A DNA stretch of 64,000 nucleotides from Octopus vulgaris (GCA_951406725.2 OX597821.1:27032001-27096000); one strand, 5' to 3'; positions 29,354 to 44,351 are shown, counted from the first letter of the stretch. Program-made: numbers and translations. Notes: a model not told the origin generated them from the sequence alone.

Positions 29354-29427
29354 TCTGTGTGTCTGTGCATGTGTGTGTGTGCTTTCATATAAATATACAC
29401 ACATATCCATGCATACATAGTACATAT

Positions 29428-30000
29428 ACGTGGGTCGCCTGACGAAGATACTCTAATGGAATGTGACCAAATGATTCCATTTTTCAACATAATGCCCTTT
29501 CCGGTCCATACACTTCATTGAACGGTGCTGCATTGCTTGGTTCCTATCTTTCCATGTGTTCCCATGTGTCTATTTCATGTACGAAAACAGATGATAATCA
29601 TATTGAGACAAATTAATTCACGGTCATGCATAGCAGCTATTGAAAGGAAAGTCTTGTGTACTGGAACATTACCCCGACGAGACAGCCCCTTCCTTCAGTT
29701 TTTCCTGAGCGTTTTTTCTTGATATCCTTTGTAACTGCCACAGGAAGTTGGCATAACACTATCCATTGAAAATTCTGGCCATTTTTGAACATATTCAATA
29801 AGTAAAATACCTTTTGCCTCCACAAAACTTAGGTGTTCTCCTTCCTTGCAGATTAAATGATCTTGGCCCTCTTTGAAGCTAGTCCAGGGGGTATTTTCTA
29901 GAATATTCTTAACTCTCTCACGGGCTAAGCTAATAGCGTTGGCTATTCAATTTGTAGTCAATCGCCTGTCATCCATCACCAATCAAGGAATTGATTGATA
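29428..30000 (-). mobile_element. Internally deleted mariner transposase relic
   Basis: Minus-strand fragments LVMDDRRLTTN*IANAISLARERVKNIL, EAKGILLIEY, NVPVHKT and QAMQHRSMKCMDRKGHYVEK (mariner C-terminus). Confidence 0.8.
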
Positions 30001-30279
30001 TAGGGTGAACGCAAATTCTTGCAAATATCCAGGGCCAGTCCAATGAAGATAGAAATGTAGAAGTTCTTATATCACCTCCTCTGATATTTCTATATATTCT
30101 GAAATCCTGTTGATATTCTCGCAAAAATATATAATACTTAATATCATACAGCGTGTCAGCTCCTCATCAAACCCTACAAAATGTTTATGTAGCAGCGCAC
30201 CAATAGAATATTTCAAGAAAATTCGTTGATAACAATGCGCTTCCCCTTTTTCATTTCCTCATACCTATCCCCCTTCAGT

Positions 30280-31145
30280 CACGGGAACAGTAAGTGTTCA
30301 TCTAATGGAAGGGAAAAAAAGCGCAAATGTCACATGTTAGGGATCTGTGAAACACACGGAAGGAAACAAACGATTGCGAGATGGACAATTGGAATTGTTG
30401 TGAGACTGGGAAAAGCAGAATCTGCGAGGGCAACAGGTTGTATAGCGTTTAAGCAAAAAAATGAGCTCGGTAAATCGTATTCTTCCCTGAACATCCTGCA
30501 GACATATGCTCCTAAAAATGTTAGAAGTGGGAAAATTCTGCTAAGAGCTAATGATAGTGCTAGCTCATAAATGTACTTACACTGTAGTGATGGGAGATTT
30601 CAAAGCAAAAGATAAGGAAGGCGGTAGAGAAAGAAATATGGCGGAAAATTTGGAACAGGAGAGAGACATGAAAAAGGAAGGCGTTTGGTTATCACGACAT
30701 AGCCTATTTATGAAACAATGCGGAGGGAGATGCACATAGATAGCTCCAAACGAGACTAAGTAGTCCTGGTTGACAAACGACGCATCCTGCATAACTTCTT
30801 GTTAGGCTGTTTACAAAGGTCATATTCTCACGACTATAGAAATACCTCCATAACTAGCAGACAAGGGAACAAGTAAGTTTCTGTCAGTACGATGGAACTT
30901 ACATTCATTCTAATATAGTTTATAGAACGAACAAATAAGCACAAGATGATTATGTGCATCACTTTTGTTGACTAGAAAAAGACCTTTGATAGCATCGAGG
31001 TGAACACAGTGCTGGAATTTCTGAAATGCACGGTACAGAGGCACAGTTTATCGAACTACTCAGAGATGCAATTTTGGATGCACAACAGGTATAGTTTTAT
31101 TATCGCCATCAGGAAGAATTCCATTTGGAAAGGATGTCACACAAG
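30280..31145 (+). mobile_element. Highly decayed RTE-clade LINE (endonuclease and RT fragments)
   Basis: LGICET, ILQTYAP, VVMGDFKAK and [18 protein letters not shown] motifs, in correct order, with deletions. Confidence 0.7.
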
Positions 31146-31208
31146 GATGCTTGCATATATGTATGCAAGCATGTATTATGTATGTATATATATATATATA
31201 TATATCTA

Positions 31209-31258
<50 letters not shown>

Positions 31259-31295
31259 AGGATGCTTGCATATATGTATGCAAGCATGTATTATG

Positions 31296-31340
<45 letters not shown>
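31138..31340. repeat. Local tandem duplication (~116-bp unit including (TA)n)
   Basis: ACACAAGGATGCTTGCATATATGTATGCAAGCATGTATTATGTATG occurs twice. Confidence 0.9.
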
Positions 31341-31342
<2 letters not shown>

Positions 31343-31982
31343 TTATACATACATATGTGTATGTGCGCATGCATACATTCTTACATAGTATATAATATTT
31401 TCAGCTTGATAGTGTGAGGCAATGAATATTCAAATGCTAGGAAGAGTGGAAGTCAATTCATTCGATTAGTAGGCATTGATTCACTGCGAAAATTTATCTT
31501 AATTTTGGTCTTGTAATTATTATCACAGCTACGAATACGTTAATGATGAGATTTATTTTCGGTGTCGCATAGATAAGACAATACATTAATTATGTCGACA
31601 TACATATCAAATTTAATGTGAATGATAATAATATTTTATAAATGCAAACTCTAGAAACAACATAATGATAATAAGCTAATGTATTATTGACAAGGTAAAA
31701 GAACAATTTTACATAGAATGGACGACAATAGACTATGGAATATTATTAGTGTTTGTGTTATTCATGCTCAGATGTAAAACAAACGTGAACCACGAATAGA
31801 TATGAAAATAGATAAGTTACGCTCTTCGGTACAATGGACACGAGATATATAAATTACCCACTAGATTAATTAAATTACTTGTTACATAAGGTAATCGATC
31901 CATATAGCTAGTAATTCCTGAAGCTAATATATTATTGTCTCTATTAGAACGACTGATACTGATTGGAAAAAATGAATATAGC

Positions 31983-32527
31983 AGATTTTTAATCTGATCC
32001 TCTATAAATTAGGAAAACACAGCTTAGATTATTAGATGAATCGAAATATCGTGAAGCAAGTATATATTCATCACTTGCTTTCGTTCTTCTAACATCTGGA
32101 TTCAAAGCGAATGAATGCAGAACAACCTTTGCAATGTGTATAGAACGTTCATTACGAGACATCACTTTTGTCTGTATAATTTATTGCCAGTTCAAATATG
32201 TAGTACAGACAATACAACATTAGGATTTAAATATATGTTTACAATACAAAAGTCAATAGAAAAATTAATCAACGAAAGCAAAAGAAATACGTGCACCACA
32301 ATCTTTAGTTGATTCAATAAATGATAGTAAAATATAGGAAATATTGTCTGCAATAAAGCAGTTGATACGAACAAAGAAATGTACGGTTGTCGTAGATTTT
32401 TAATCTGATCCTATGTAAATTACAGAAAAAAAACGACATAGGTTGATGGAAGGAACAAAATATCGCGTGTCAAATCTAAACGCTTAATTATTCTTCGTTT
32501 CGTTTCTCTAAAAATCAGAGTTCAAAG
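31983..32527. repeat. Diverged direct repeat (~125-135 bp at 31983 and 32394)
   Basis: AGATTTTTAATCTGATCCT...AAATATCG...TTCAAAG twice, ~411 bp apart. Confidence 0.65.
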
Positions 32528-32539
32528 ACTCCTGCGCAA

Positions 32540-32694
32540 TTCTGTACGAGGCAGAGAAGATAACAAAGCAGACCAAAACCGCGTGGATCTTAGGTGTTTC
32601 GCTCATAAACACACATATCGCCTGGTCTGAGATTCGAACCGGTGATCCCTCGACTGCGAGTCCGCTGCTCTAACCACTAGGCCATGTGCCTCCA
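32540..32694 (-). mobile_element. tRNA-derived SINE head (family of 23521)
   Basis: Minus strand TGGAGGCACATGGCCTAGTGGTTAGAGCAGCGGACTCGCAG...GGTTCGAATCTC. Confidence 0.85.
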
Positions 32695-32946
32695 CTGGAT
32701 TTCTACGTAGAACCTATGTTTTCTTATAAGTAACGCCAGTAAGATTAAAATTACTGTGTGATTAAGAGAACGTGTTAGAAATCAACTGCATGCTGAGACT
32801 ACATGAATGTGACGCTAAGAATAAAAGTCTATCTAAATCTAGATTTTGTAATGTTTAACAACGCATTGAATAGTTATTGATGACAAAATTTACTTGGAGT
32901 GCAAACTTTGTTTCATAGATATAACAAAATTATAATTTAAATATAT

Positions 32947-33290
32947 TTTTATCTTTTATCTGTTGACTTGTCTCTGTCATTAAGCTGCGGTCGTGCTGCG
33001 GCACCGCTTTGGAGAATTTTGAACGAATGAATCGATCCTAGTGTTTTTTTAAAAATCATGTTGCTTATTCTGTCGGAATCTTTTGTCAAACCACTAAGAT
33101 ACTGAAACGACTGTCAGACACACGCAGTCACGCGCGCGCACACACACATACACACATACATACACACACACGCAGGTATGTATATATATATATATATCTA
33201 TATATGTCTAGCTTCTTTCAGTTTCCGCCTGTGAAAACCTGAAAATATGTGGTTGGGAAACACACTTTTGATCACATAACTACAACTACG
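32947..33290 (-). mobile_element. Degenerate CORE-type SINE (family of 1883)
   Basis: TTTTATCTTTTATC...CATTAAGCTGCGGTCGTGCTG...CTTCTTTCAGTTTCCG...TGTGGTTGGGAAAC. Confidence 0.65.
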
Positions 33291-34705
33291 TCTTACATAA
33301 TTGCAATACAATACCACATGAGCTAACAAACACAAAATATACACAAACTATCTTTAGTTGCCTGCAAACATGATATTGGTAAAAAATGTGAAATGTTGCT
33401 TATTCATTAACCTGAATAAAATATACTTGCAGTATTTCCGTAAAATAATATTAGATGTAGTAATATTCATGATGGCGATAATCTACAACATATTTTAACT
33501 ATATTGATTTATATTCAAATGAACGCAATGCTACCGTAAATGATTTCAGCTTTCTGATTAACCAATCACAAGCTGACTGGTAGATAAATATTATTGTGAA
33601 TATCCTTGAGCCGAGAGCCATTAACGAACCGGTTAGAATCTCATTTGGGCGCAGACGCACACTAACAATATTGTTCACGAAATGAGTGTGTGTGTGTGTG
33701 TGTGTATGTGCTAAGTTTCCTCAAGTTTCCGTTTATGAATTTCTCTCAAATATTATGGGTCAAACAAAAGGTAGGGTAGAAAAGAAATTCATCAGAGTTT
33801 TGAGCATCGAAATCATCCAGAAAACATCGATGAAAAGCGATCATTTTAACAAAGCTTCTATATGTGTATGGGTAAGTCTGTATGTATACATTGGAGGATT
33901 TTAAATGCAATACTCGACCCAAGCTCAAGGCTGATTGAAATTCTGCTGGTCTAAAAACTCCAGGTACCACATCAATAAATCCAATGAATGGAGCTATCGA
34001 AAGTATAATATAATCCAAATATGACAAAAAAGACTTTAGCACATGTTTAATGATCAGTTAGAATTGTTTCGTTACCACTCTGATTTTAATCCCATTGCAC
34101 GCAACACTTCTATGTGGAAAGTTATGTAATATCTTTGGCTTGGAACATTGTACAGCTGTCAAGTGTTGTACTTTGTTTATGGAGAGGAAACAATAAATAT
34201 AAATAAGAATAATCATGGTGAAATAGAGGGCAGGTCTTAGGCAATAAGAATATGAAGTCAAATAAAGAAAGGGTTAAGAGCAGAAAAAGAAAACGAAGTT
34301 GAATGAGAAAAGAAGAGCGAAAACAAAAGAATAGGGAGACGGTATATAGGATATGATAGGTTATTACTATCATATCCGGTAACAAACCAATGATTAAACG
34401 AGAATATAAATGAGAATGAAAACGAAGAAAAGCAGATCTCCTCCTCGACCTCCCCTTCGTGCTCCTCTTCGTGTTCTTTCCTCCTTCTTCTATTTACATT
34501 TTTTCTTTCTTCCTTCTTTCTTTCTTGATTGCTTGCTTGCTTTCTTCTTCTTCTTCTTCTTCTTCTTCTTCTTCTTCTTCTTCTTCTTCTTTTTCCTTCT
34601 ACCTTTATCTGGTTTGCTATTACTATTGTCTAAGACTTGCGTGCAATTTATGTTATTTACATTATTTACATTTGACGGATATTTGTCCTCATCTTGTTTG
34701 TTGTC

Positions 34706-34751
34706 AACACAACGTTTCGGCTGTTGTACCCTCCAGTTTTCATCAGGTGTC
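34706..34751 (-). ncRNA. Minimal HHR motif (left arm; stem II partly mutated)
   Basis: Minus strand: gacac-CTGATGA-A-aactg..cagcc-GAAACGTT^gtgtt. Confidence 0.6.
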
Positions 34752-34816
34752 TCAGGGAAATTTCGAACCTGGGTTCTCAGTCCTAAGGTTCCTTCTCACG
34801 TTCGAAATTTACCCAA

Positions 34817-34862
34817 GACACCTGATGAAGGCTGGAAGGCACATCAGCCGAAACATAGTGTT
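34817..34862 (+). ncRNA. Minimal HHR motif (right arm; stem III ACGT mutated to ACAT)
   Basis: gacac-CTGATGA-A-GGCTG-gaaggcacat-CAGCC-GAAACATA^gtgtt. Confidence 0.65.
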
Positions 34863-34984
34863 AACAACAAACAAGATGAGGACAAATATCCGTTAAATGT
34901 AAATAATGTATATAATTCCTCATCTCTTAAATATAGAACTGTGTGCAATTTGTTTTAAATTTTATACCGTTTCCTTCTGCCAGA

Positions 34985-35089
34985 TTTGACTGGGCCTGAT
35001 GAAGCCTTCTTGCTTCACAGACCCCAGTAGAACCGTCCAACCCATGCTAGCATGGAAAACGGACGCTAAACGATGATGATGATGATGAT
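34985..35089 (+). mobile_element. 3' tail of an RTE-type LINE or its SINE partner
   Basis: AACCGTCCAACCCATGCTAGCATGGAAAACGGACGCTAAAC followed by (GAT)n. Confidence 0.7.
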
Positions 35090-38000
35090 AAGCAATTTAC
35101 AACACTTAACAAACACAATGTAAGAGCGCACGTTTTGATGTATGTCTTCTGATGTACCACTCTAATTTTAGCCAGATAATTGGCACCACAGGGAACAGGT
35201 ATCATTTATCAGAAACTTCAGTGGTGTCACGCCCACATACGACCACAAAGGCGGACCTAGACAGACAAAAAAGACGGAGCTGTTATTGATATTTAATGGC
35301 ATATCCTACTTACCTACAAGAATAATTTAAGTTAATGAGACTCCGCGCACAGAGACCCAAATGATACCGCTCGTGTTTTTATATATAAGAATGAACAACT
35401 AAAAAATCAAAATTAAAATATTTCCTCTTTTTATATTCGCACTAATGGACTCAAAATCTCAAATACACAAAATATTCTCATATCAATAAATAGATGTAGA
35501 TATTTAGGTACTCCAGCTGAAACTTACATGAAGAAACCAACATTTAAAAGTTCATATTGTTTGAAAAATAAATGTAAATACCTTAGGTATGCACTCTTGA
35601 TATTTTCGTTTAGAGGTCCATTTAAAGATCTTCACAAAATAGGATTCGGGCGGTAACTCAAACACTTAGCAATCCTTTAACAAATGTTTGCTTTGTATTT
35701 CTTTATATTTCTTTAAAGTAATCTACATGTGCGTTAAAATTCTTTTATTTGTGTTACGCCTGGAGATTCTATACAACATGCTACTAACTATTGCATTGTT
35801 AACAGAGCGTGGATGATTTCAGACGTTATTCGCATAAGTTAGGTTTTCATTACGTTTTATGTCATGGTAGATATAAACCAGTATTTAGGTCTGGCGATAA
35901 ATCAAGAAAATTCTTTTCTAGTATTATAAAAGTACTTAAATTATTTGTTCCTATTTCTTTCTATTACACTACGCTTCATCTATTTTGAGTGAAGAGATTT
36001 TCTTCCACGTAAAGACCTTACCAGTAATTTAGGAAACTTGTGTCGAGTTACTAGCTCTCATTGTTATATCGAAGTTATTTACTCTGTCACAACAGGACCA
36101 GAATCTGCCTTCATAATCTATAACATGTAGCATACATCTCAAACAATTCAGAATCGGCTATCATATAAAGTAAAGTAAAATTACTCATGGGAAACATTCA
36201 ACACCATTGGATTTATAGAATAGTACTCTGGTATATCAATGAATTTCATGTGTTGCTCATAGACGCACACACACACACACACACACACACACCTACTTAT
36301 ATATACACACATGTACATATATAACAGGTTATGCGTGTGTGCATATCTGAGTGCCTCGCTGCTTTGTTTTTGTAGGAGTATGTGTGGTCATCAACTGGAT
36401 TTCTAGCATAATCACTTTCTCATTAGAGATATATGCATACAATCCGTTTCATTGAATTATTATTATATGATCTTAGATCATTACTCAGGCATTTCTGTTT
36501 TTTGTTTTTCCTGTCAAACGTAGCACAATTTTGTCCAGAAGCATATCGGTAAGAGCTTCCCACTTATGTGTCCATCTAAAATGAATTTTCAGTCCAAACC
36601 TAGATGGTCTCGTCTTTAGACATAAATTACTATTTAGTTTTACCCAATATATGAATTTCCTGCATGAAACGTCCGATCATTTAAACTAATGAAACCACGC
36701 TGCGCATACGAGAATATCTTTACCATGAAAGATTTCAACTTCGTTCTGTTGTCTAACTTTTCATTATTTATCGCCTAATTCATATTTTCCTAAACTGTAG
36801 ACTATTTTACAGCGTTATAGATCTACATTTTAGTCGCTGCAGTGCAAGATTTCCTTAATGAGGGCCATAATATTTTTTATGTCATAAAATCTCCATTTTG
36901 GCTCGTGGAGTACCTTAACATGACCAGCTCAGCACATATGATTATTCATGAGTTGAGCTTCCTTAACGACACATTTTTCCTTTTCCATCAATTCTGTGTT
37001 AGGTGTAGATCTCTGAGTGATGTTTAACATAGGTCTAGACACTTTTGCTGAAATTTCTGGAGTATTCTGTTGTGTCGTCGATACGGAATCTAAGGTGTTT
37101 ATAGTAGAGATGTGCTTACGGAAATATAATTACTGTAAAGCCTGGCTGACAATTTCAAGTTCCTATTGCTAAACACTTGAAGACTCGATTTTTCCTGTAC
37201 AAGAATTTATTTTAATATCCGGAAATTATGTCAGCATCGCGTCTGTCTAAATACGTTTAACCGTCTGGAGAACCTCGTCCGGCTACTTTTAATTCATGCT
37301 CAATTTTATTTAACTTATAGCCAGGACGACAGGACTCTAACATAAATTCTATCAAATGTCCGCCATGTTTAAGTGAAAAAGTATTTTATTCTGTCTTAGG
37401 ATAAATCGACTTTAAACAGAAACTCTGAATTATTGAACTGTTAGAGATTTTCTTCGAAATGATTAATTTCAAGAACTGTTCCATATGACATACAGAGCTC
37501 TTGTTTTCTCTCACCAATTGTTACCATTAATACTTGGAATATGTTGCCACTTTCTTCTAAACTTACCGATTCTTTAATACATGGCAATCATGCCTCAAGT
37601 TATGGATATGACTTTTGTATAAATAATTTAAAAAAAAACTTACTGCTTCCATTTTGAAATCCACGCATTTTTGCGTGCTTTACCACCATTTCAAACCATG
37701 TGTATACCGTTAATTTTGACCTGTTTTTTCGTGTGATCCTATTGTTTTTAATACACCCCACCACCACTGTCTCAAAACATAGCGATTATATTAATCTTGG
37801 TTCTACATTCTAGATTGGTCTATATTTCGCCTTTCCTTTCTCATCACATTTACCGACTCATCGTTCCATAGATCTGCATTACATGTTTTCCTCTTAATTA
37901 CGCTGCTTACCTACGTATTTATCTCTCCAGCTATAACTATATTTAAAGCAGAGGTTATGTATCCAAGTGTAGCGATGCATATACACTGTTTCATACGTTT

Positions 38001-39879
38001 AGAGTATTCATACGCCAGTTCTCTAGCTTAGTTTTTTACCCCTTTATCTACTTAAGAGCCCTTCCTTCACTCCTCATTCTTGTTTGCCTTTCCTCTCCTA
38101 CGCACAACAAATTTATTTATAAAACTCTTTGCTTTTGTTTGATTTTGAATTTTTATTGTCCACTCACTTAGTCTATACTTTAAAACACTAAAATGATATT
38201 GTCTGGAGTTTTCCTAGAAAGCAGAAATTATAACTGCCTGAAGGCAAAACTTTATTAATGATAATATTTCTGTTAAAGGTCAATGTACTTACCTGACACA
38301 TTTTATCGATTTTGAAATGTGTCAAAACATTGTTTCATCAGCTTTAAATGTTTATTTAATTATTTGTCAATTGATTTTCACCGCACCATTTAAAGCCATT
38401 TTATCGTTCAAAAAGTTAAATTCTGTAAATCATCGCTTACGTACAGGTTGAAATAAGCTTCAATGAAATTCTGTATTTTATTGTGTATTTCGTATTCGAG
38501 TGCTTTCTCGCCTTCTTGTTTTCCACTTATGTGCCAGGGGTATACATACTGAAATACACTCATACACACACTTGTGCGCAAACCCTATGACATGCACACA
38601 CACTATAATACGCGCACACATATATGTGTATGTCTGTATCAGACTTATATTTAGATATAGGAGAATTTCTAACAGCGTTTCATAGATTTTTTTCATGTTT
38701 CTCTAGTTGTGTTTTAGCATGACAAATGGCGATGTCAGAATCAAATTACAAGTTGAATTGAATGATTTAAATTCACTTTAGTCGCAACTTTTATAATAAT
38801 GTAATAACACTAAACCTTATATAATTTCGTTTTTCAGTTCACTTCCGTTATAGTTAAAACGCTCTGTATAATCCCAGTGCGAGGTTTTGTAGGATAGGTT
38901 CTATGTTAGTTTTCTTGTGAAATGACATTGTATTTGATTTATTTTCTAATGAACCACAGTTGAAAATTTAACATCTTCCGTCTCATGCGGTGTAACTAAA
39001 TCATAGAGGGAGCATTTCAGCAATCAGTTATTATAATATGGAAATCTAAGCTCTACGATTTATTGTGATTAAATTAAGAACGCAATTCCTGCCAAGTGAT
39101 GAATAGCCTCTACATAATTGTAAGAATTTTCTTGTCATTGCGCAAGTGCTAATGTAATATCAGTTAATTATAAGAGACCAAGAAATCACAGAATCCCGAC
39201 CATAAAATATACGTTAAGCCAAAAGCTAAATCCTCGTGAAGTTTTCAAAATCCAATGGCGAATACATAAACAATGAATGGTTGATATGCTGTGAGTAAAT
39301 CATCGATATATTTTCAGACATGACAAAGTTTATTGCGTCAAAATGACTATAAACATGATACTGATATCCTTTTTGGCCTTTACAGCATAAAACTGGATGG
39401 GATTACTATTACAACTAAATAAATATATTTACTAATGTTCTCGATAACATAAAATATTTCTGTTATCTCTTGCCGAGTTCTCAAACGTTGGTGTCTGCAG
39501 TTCATTTATATAGAATACAAGATGAGTGACAAATTAATTTTGCACACAAATACCAGCACACACACACACACAAACAGAGGCGTATATGTGCAAATGTGTG
39601 TATGTATGTGTGCACCTATGCACGTAAAACTGTATGGATCGGGACAGAAGGTTACGACATCGCGTCTGCTGTAAAGACTGTAAAGTTGCATTACTCCACA
39701 AGCTATGACGCGATTACAATTTTTCAACTCCTATTGTTGAAATTGGAATCCTTCTTTTAACAAAGGTTTTCGATGGGGCTATGTAGGTTGGACTTTCGCG
39801 CACACACACATATGCAGAAGAGCCACAAAAAATCGACACTCTGAATTTGTGAACAGTTCGGACGCTGAAGAAGAGGGAG

Positions 39880-40234
<355 letters not shown>

Positions 40235-40785
40235 GTATATGTATACAATTGTGTATGCAAGTAAACATACATATACGTGCCTTTTATCCGTATATGAGCA
40301 TATAACCTGCCTTTTATAGATAAATAGATAAATAAATATATTTTAATTGTTGTGTGAGAAAGTATATATAATCCGAATATAAAATATAGTGCCTTTCAAA
40401 AAAATCCTAAATTTGACGACTATATCTCGTGGTTAAGAAAAAATAGATCTTACATTTATATTGTTTATGAACGCAGCCAATCACCCTCTCCCCGCAGACC
40501 CATGCATCAACACACAACTTCTGTCACAGACACACATACTTTAACTTCTTTATAAGAAGAAGGGGACTTAACTCATGTTAGCAAAATTCAAAATTGGTAA
40601 AAATTATGGTTCAAAATCTATTTTTACCACTATCTGCGGTTATCCCGTTGAAAATAAGTTGACAAAAAACTTACTATTGTCGTGACGACTGTCCTGCTAG
40701 AATTGGAGCGACATGCGTGCTAATTTGTAGAGTGCATAAATTACATTCATGTACACACATAGACAAACACATCCTCGCCTTTTAT

Positions 40786-40906
<121 letters not shown>

Positions 40907-40915
40907 TATATATAC

Positions 40916-41034
40916 ATCACGTGATCACGTGACCGACCAGACTATCAGATGTTGCTACATATCGCTGGTCACAATGCGTTTCGCATTGTTTTAGCCTTCA
41001 AACGACGCCACCCCGCTGGCTAAGCGAGCAGGCC

Positions 41035-41035
<1 letters not shown>
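40916..41035 (-). mobile_element. 3' fragment of the 23521 SINE family
   Basis: GTGACCGACCAGACTATCAGATGTTGCTACA...GACGCCACCCCGCTGGCTAAGCGAGCAGGCCAA matches 23536-23636. Confidence 0.85.
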
Positions 41036-41067
<32 letters not shown>

Positions 41068-41859
41068 ATAGACGTAAATCTCTCTCTTTTTCTCTGTCTG
41101 TATGTCTGTCTCTGTCTCTCTCTCTCTATAAATATATATATATATATATGCACACATATATACACAAGCATATATATGTAACTATACACATACACACAAA
41201 TATACATATATACGTAGTATTATATTAAATATTTCAGCTTAAGTGCAATGAAACACAAGGTATTCATTTTATCTATCTCCTATAACTTCCTTGGAGGCAT
41301 CACGATGTTATTGTATGCGATGCAAATTTGGCAAATGAACGTCCTTGAAGAACAGATAATCCAATAAGAACATTTAATGCAACGACTATGATAGTACTGT
41401 GATGTTATAAGGACAATTCTTGTAACACCTGAAAATTGATGCTGTTTATAAGTTCGCTAATTCGATGCAAGTTGCTGAGTTGTTTTCAATCAAGTAAAAA
41501 CAGCTTAAAATTCTCAAAGAAAATATTTTTGTAAGAATATTTGTGCTAAAGTACTAATTACAGCATTAAATAGATTTCTTGTTATCGCTTAAATGATTGC
41601 ATCAATACTACCATTCATTTCTAAATGGTTACTTAGAAATAACTACGTCTCATTTACTAAATAATATTACTTGTTTGCACCTGATAAACCGTCCAAGATA
41701 AGATTCTTTAGTCGGATTATTTTACTAGAATGCAATGGCATTCGCATTTAATCATCTTTTCGGTTGTGTGTGCCGATATAAATTTAACGTGATAGTGTAT
41801 GGCCCAAAATGCCACATGTGTGTTTCATAGGTACATGTTGCATGCAAATAAGTATGCAT

Positions 41860-42002
<143 letters not shown>

Positions 42003-42817
42003 CCTCTCTCACCGCCTGTCTGTCAGTGTGTCTGCCTCTCTCTGTGTCTAGGTGTCTACCTACCTGCACTTATATATATATATCTATATATATATATATA
42101 AACACACACACACATATATAAATGAAGATATATATGTATGAACACACATACACTTATATGTAGTATATATGCTTACTCATAGATATATATATACATGAAT
42201 TCAGACACAGACAAACGAACACGCATGCACGAATCAGCTTTCGATTATTTATGTCCACCACGTACTAATTGACTTGAGAACGGACTTAAAATTTATCTTT
42301 AACTAATAATAGTGTTTAGGCGGAGGCATGTCAGACCAGTTACGAAAGTTGCTTTGCATCCAAGTGGATTCGGTTTTATTCAAGCTGCGCACCAGCTATA
42401 GCGAGTGACTTCTAATATAGCACCATATAAATAAGTGTGGTCATATATACATTTGTGTGTTTTATGTGTGTGTGTATGTGTGTGTGTGTGAATGTATAAC
42501 CGATGTAAGGGAATTAACTCAACCCTATTCCACCCCGTCCTCCCACATCACGAACAATTAATTTTTCTTGTTTACAAAGCTAAGTGACCGTTTCGTATTT
42601 CTTCCTCAAATTGTAGAGATTATGCGCCTTCAGCCACTGGGGTATGACGAGTCGCCTATTGAGTTGGCATCCTTTTTGTCTCGGGAGACAATGGAGTTGC
42701 GCATAAAATAATCTAGTCCGGCTTTTACATTTCGAGTCGCCTATACATCTAAGCATTTTATAGGAGCGAAACCAATGGTCACTCTATGACCGGTCACAAC
42801 TATTAATTCCCTATACA

Positions 42818-42876
<59 letters not shown>

Positions 42877-43091
42877 ACAAATATATATCTGCAGGGTGTC
42901 CCAAAAAGTGTATACACTGTTAGGCAGCTGATAACTCAATTGATGACTTTTTTTCTTTCCAGATTGAATCCATTGGAATTAATGATGGCAGTCAGACTAA
43001 GCGAAACCAATGGTTACCATATGACAGGTAATAACTATTAATTCCCTACCCACCTCACATACACGCACCCCCACACACAAATATATATCTA

Positions 43092-44351
43092 CAGGGTGTC
43101 CCAAAAAGTGTATACACTGTTAGGCAGCTGATAACTCAATTGATGTTTTTTTTCTTTCCAGATTGAACCCATTGGAATTAATAATGCCAGTCAGGCTAAG
43201 CTTTGAACAAAGGAAATTGATTCTAAGATGCTGCTGGAAGTGTGAAAATGCAGTTGAAATGCAAAGACAGTTTAGGAGGGAGTTTCAAACAGATCCACCA
43301 ACGCGACTTACCATTATTCAAATTAGAGTAAAGTTTGAAGCAGATGGAACTGTTCAGAAAGTCCACGCGAATCGTTCCGAAAGACATCGAAAACAGAAAC
43401 CCCCCACAAAATAAGGAAGGGTGCTACAAACGTACACCAAAGTCCAAGATAACCTGTGCGGAAATCGAGTCGTGAGGTAGGTATATCAAAATCGTCTGCC
43501 CAACGCGTCGCATTTTGAAGCGTTGTCAATGGAAAAGTTACGTTCCAAGATTAGTCCATGCTATTAATGACGATGATCCAGACTGAAGAGTGCAATATTG
43601 CGAGTGGTACTTGGCACGATGCGTAGAAGATGCACACTTTCCAACAAAAATTGTGTGCAGTGATGAGGACACATTCAAATTAAATAGTTCAATTAACCAC
43701 CACAATGGCACCTACTGGGGACCTGCGAATCTGCATGTTATGGTGGAACGCCATGTTAATTCACCAGGAGGTACAGTGCGGTGTGGCTTATCATCAAGAG
43801 GATTAGTTGGACCATTCTTTTTTGACGCTATTGTGACTGGTCCCGTTTACTTAAAATTGCTGCAACAGTCTGTCATGTCAAACATTAGAGAAGACTTTTA
43901 AGATGAAGGATTTTATTTTCAGCAAGATGGGGTACCTCCACCCTGCCATCGGGATGTTAGATTGTTCCTTAAGATCTTGCCAAACAGGTAGTTTGGACGA
44001 AGGGATTTCTTTGAATACCCTCCACGTTCACTAGACCACTAGAGTTTTTTTTTATGGGGATACATAAAAGACAAAGCCTACGTTATAAAGCCTGCAACAG
44101 TCGCTGATTATACAGCAGCTATTGAACGAGAATGAACACAAATACCAAACTAATTGTTTTGTATGTTTGCGATACTATTGCTTCGCATTGTCAGCAGAGC
44201 CTGGGACAGAACGAACTTCAGTTTGGAAACATGCGTTGACAAAACGGAATAACGTCAGTCGATTTTATTAAATTTTGAAAATGAAATTTATTTTAATAAA
44301 CATCTACTTTACAATTATTTAAAGTGTGTATACATTTAAGGGGACACCCTG
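43092..44351 (+). mobile_element. Full-length decayed Tc1/mariner transposon, DD41D(rosa/VS)-like
   Basis: TA|CAGGGTGTCCCAAAAAGTGTATACAC ... GTGTATACATTTAAGGGGACACCCTG|TA. Transposase motifs [59 protein letters not shown], with stops and frameshifts. Confidence 0.93.

Larger units (their letters stand above)
34650..34942. mobile_element. Palindromic double-hammerhead element flanked by 9-bp direct repeat GTGCAATTT
   Basis: Arms 34653-34768 and 34800-34916 are inverted (~90%); GTGCAATTT at 34641-34649 and 34943-34951. Confidence 0.85.

Noticed and set aside
34990-35015. CCTGATGAAGCC...GCTTC as another HHR
   Set aside because: No GAAA or stem III follows; it is part of an RTE-type tail.
36550-38100. 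Possible very old LINE on the minus strand
   Set aside because: Only faint motif remnants; cannot be supported by eye.
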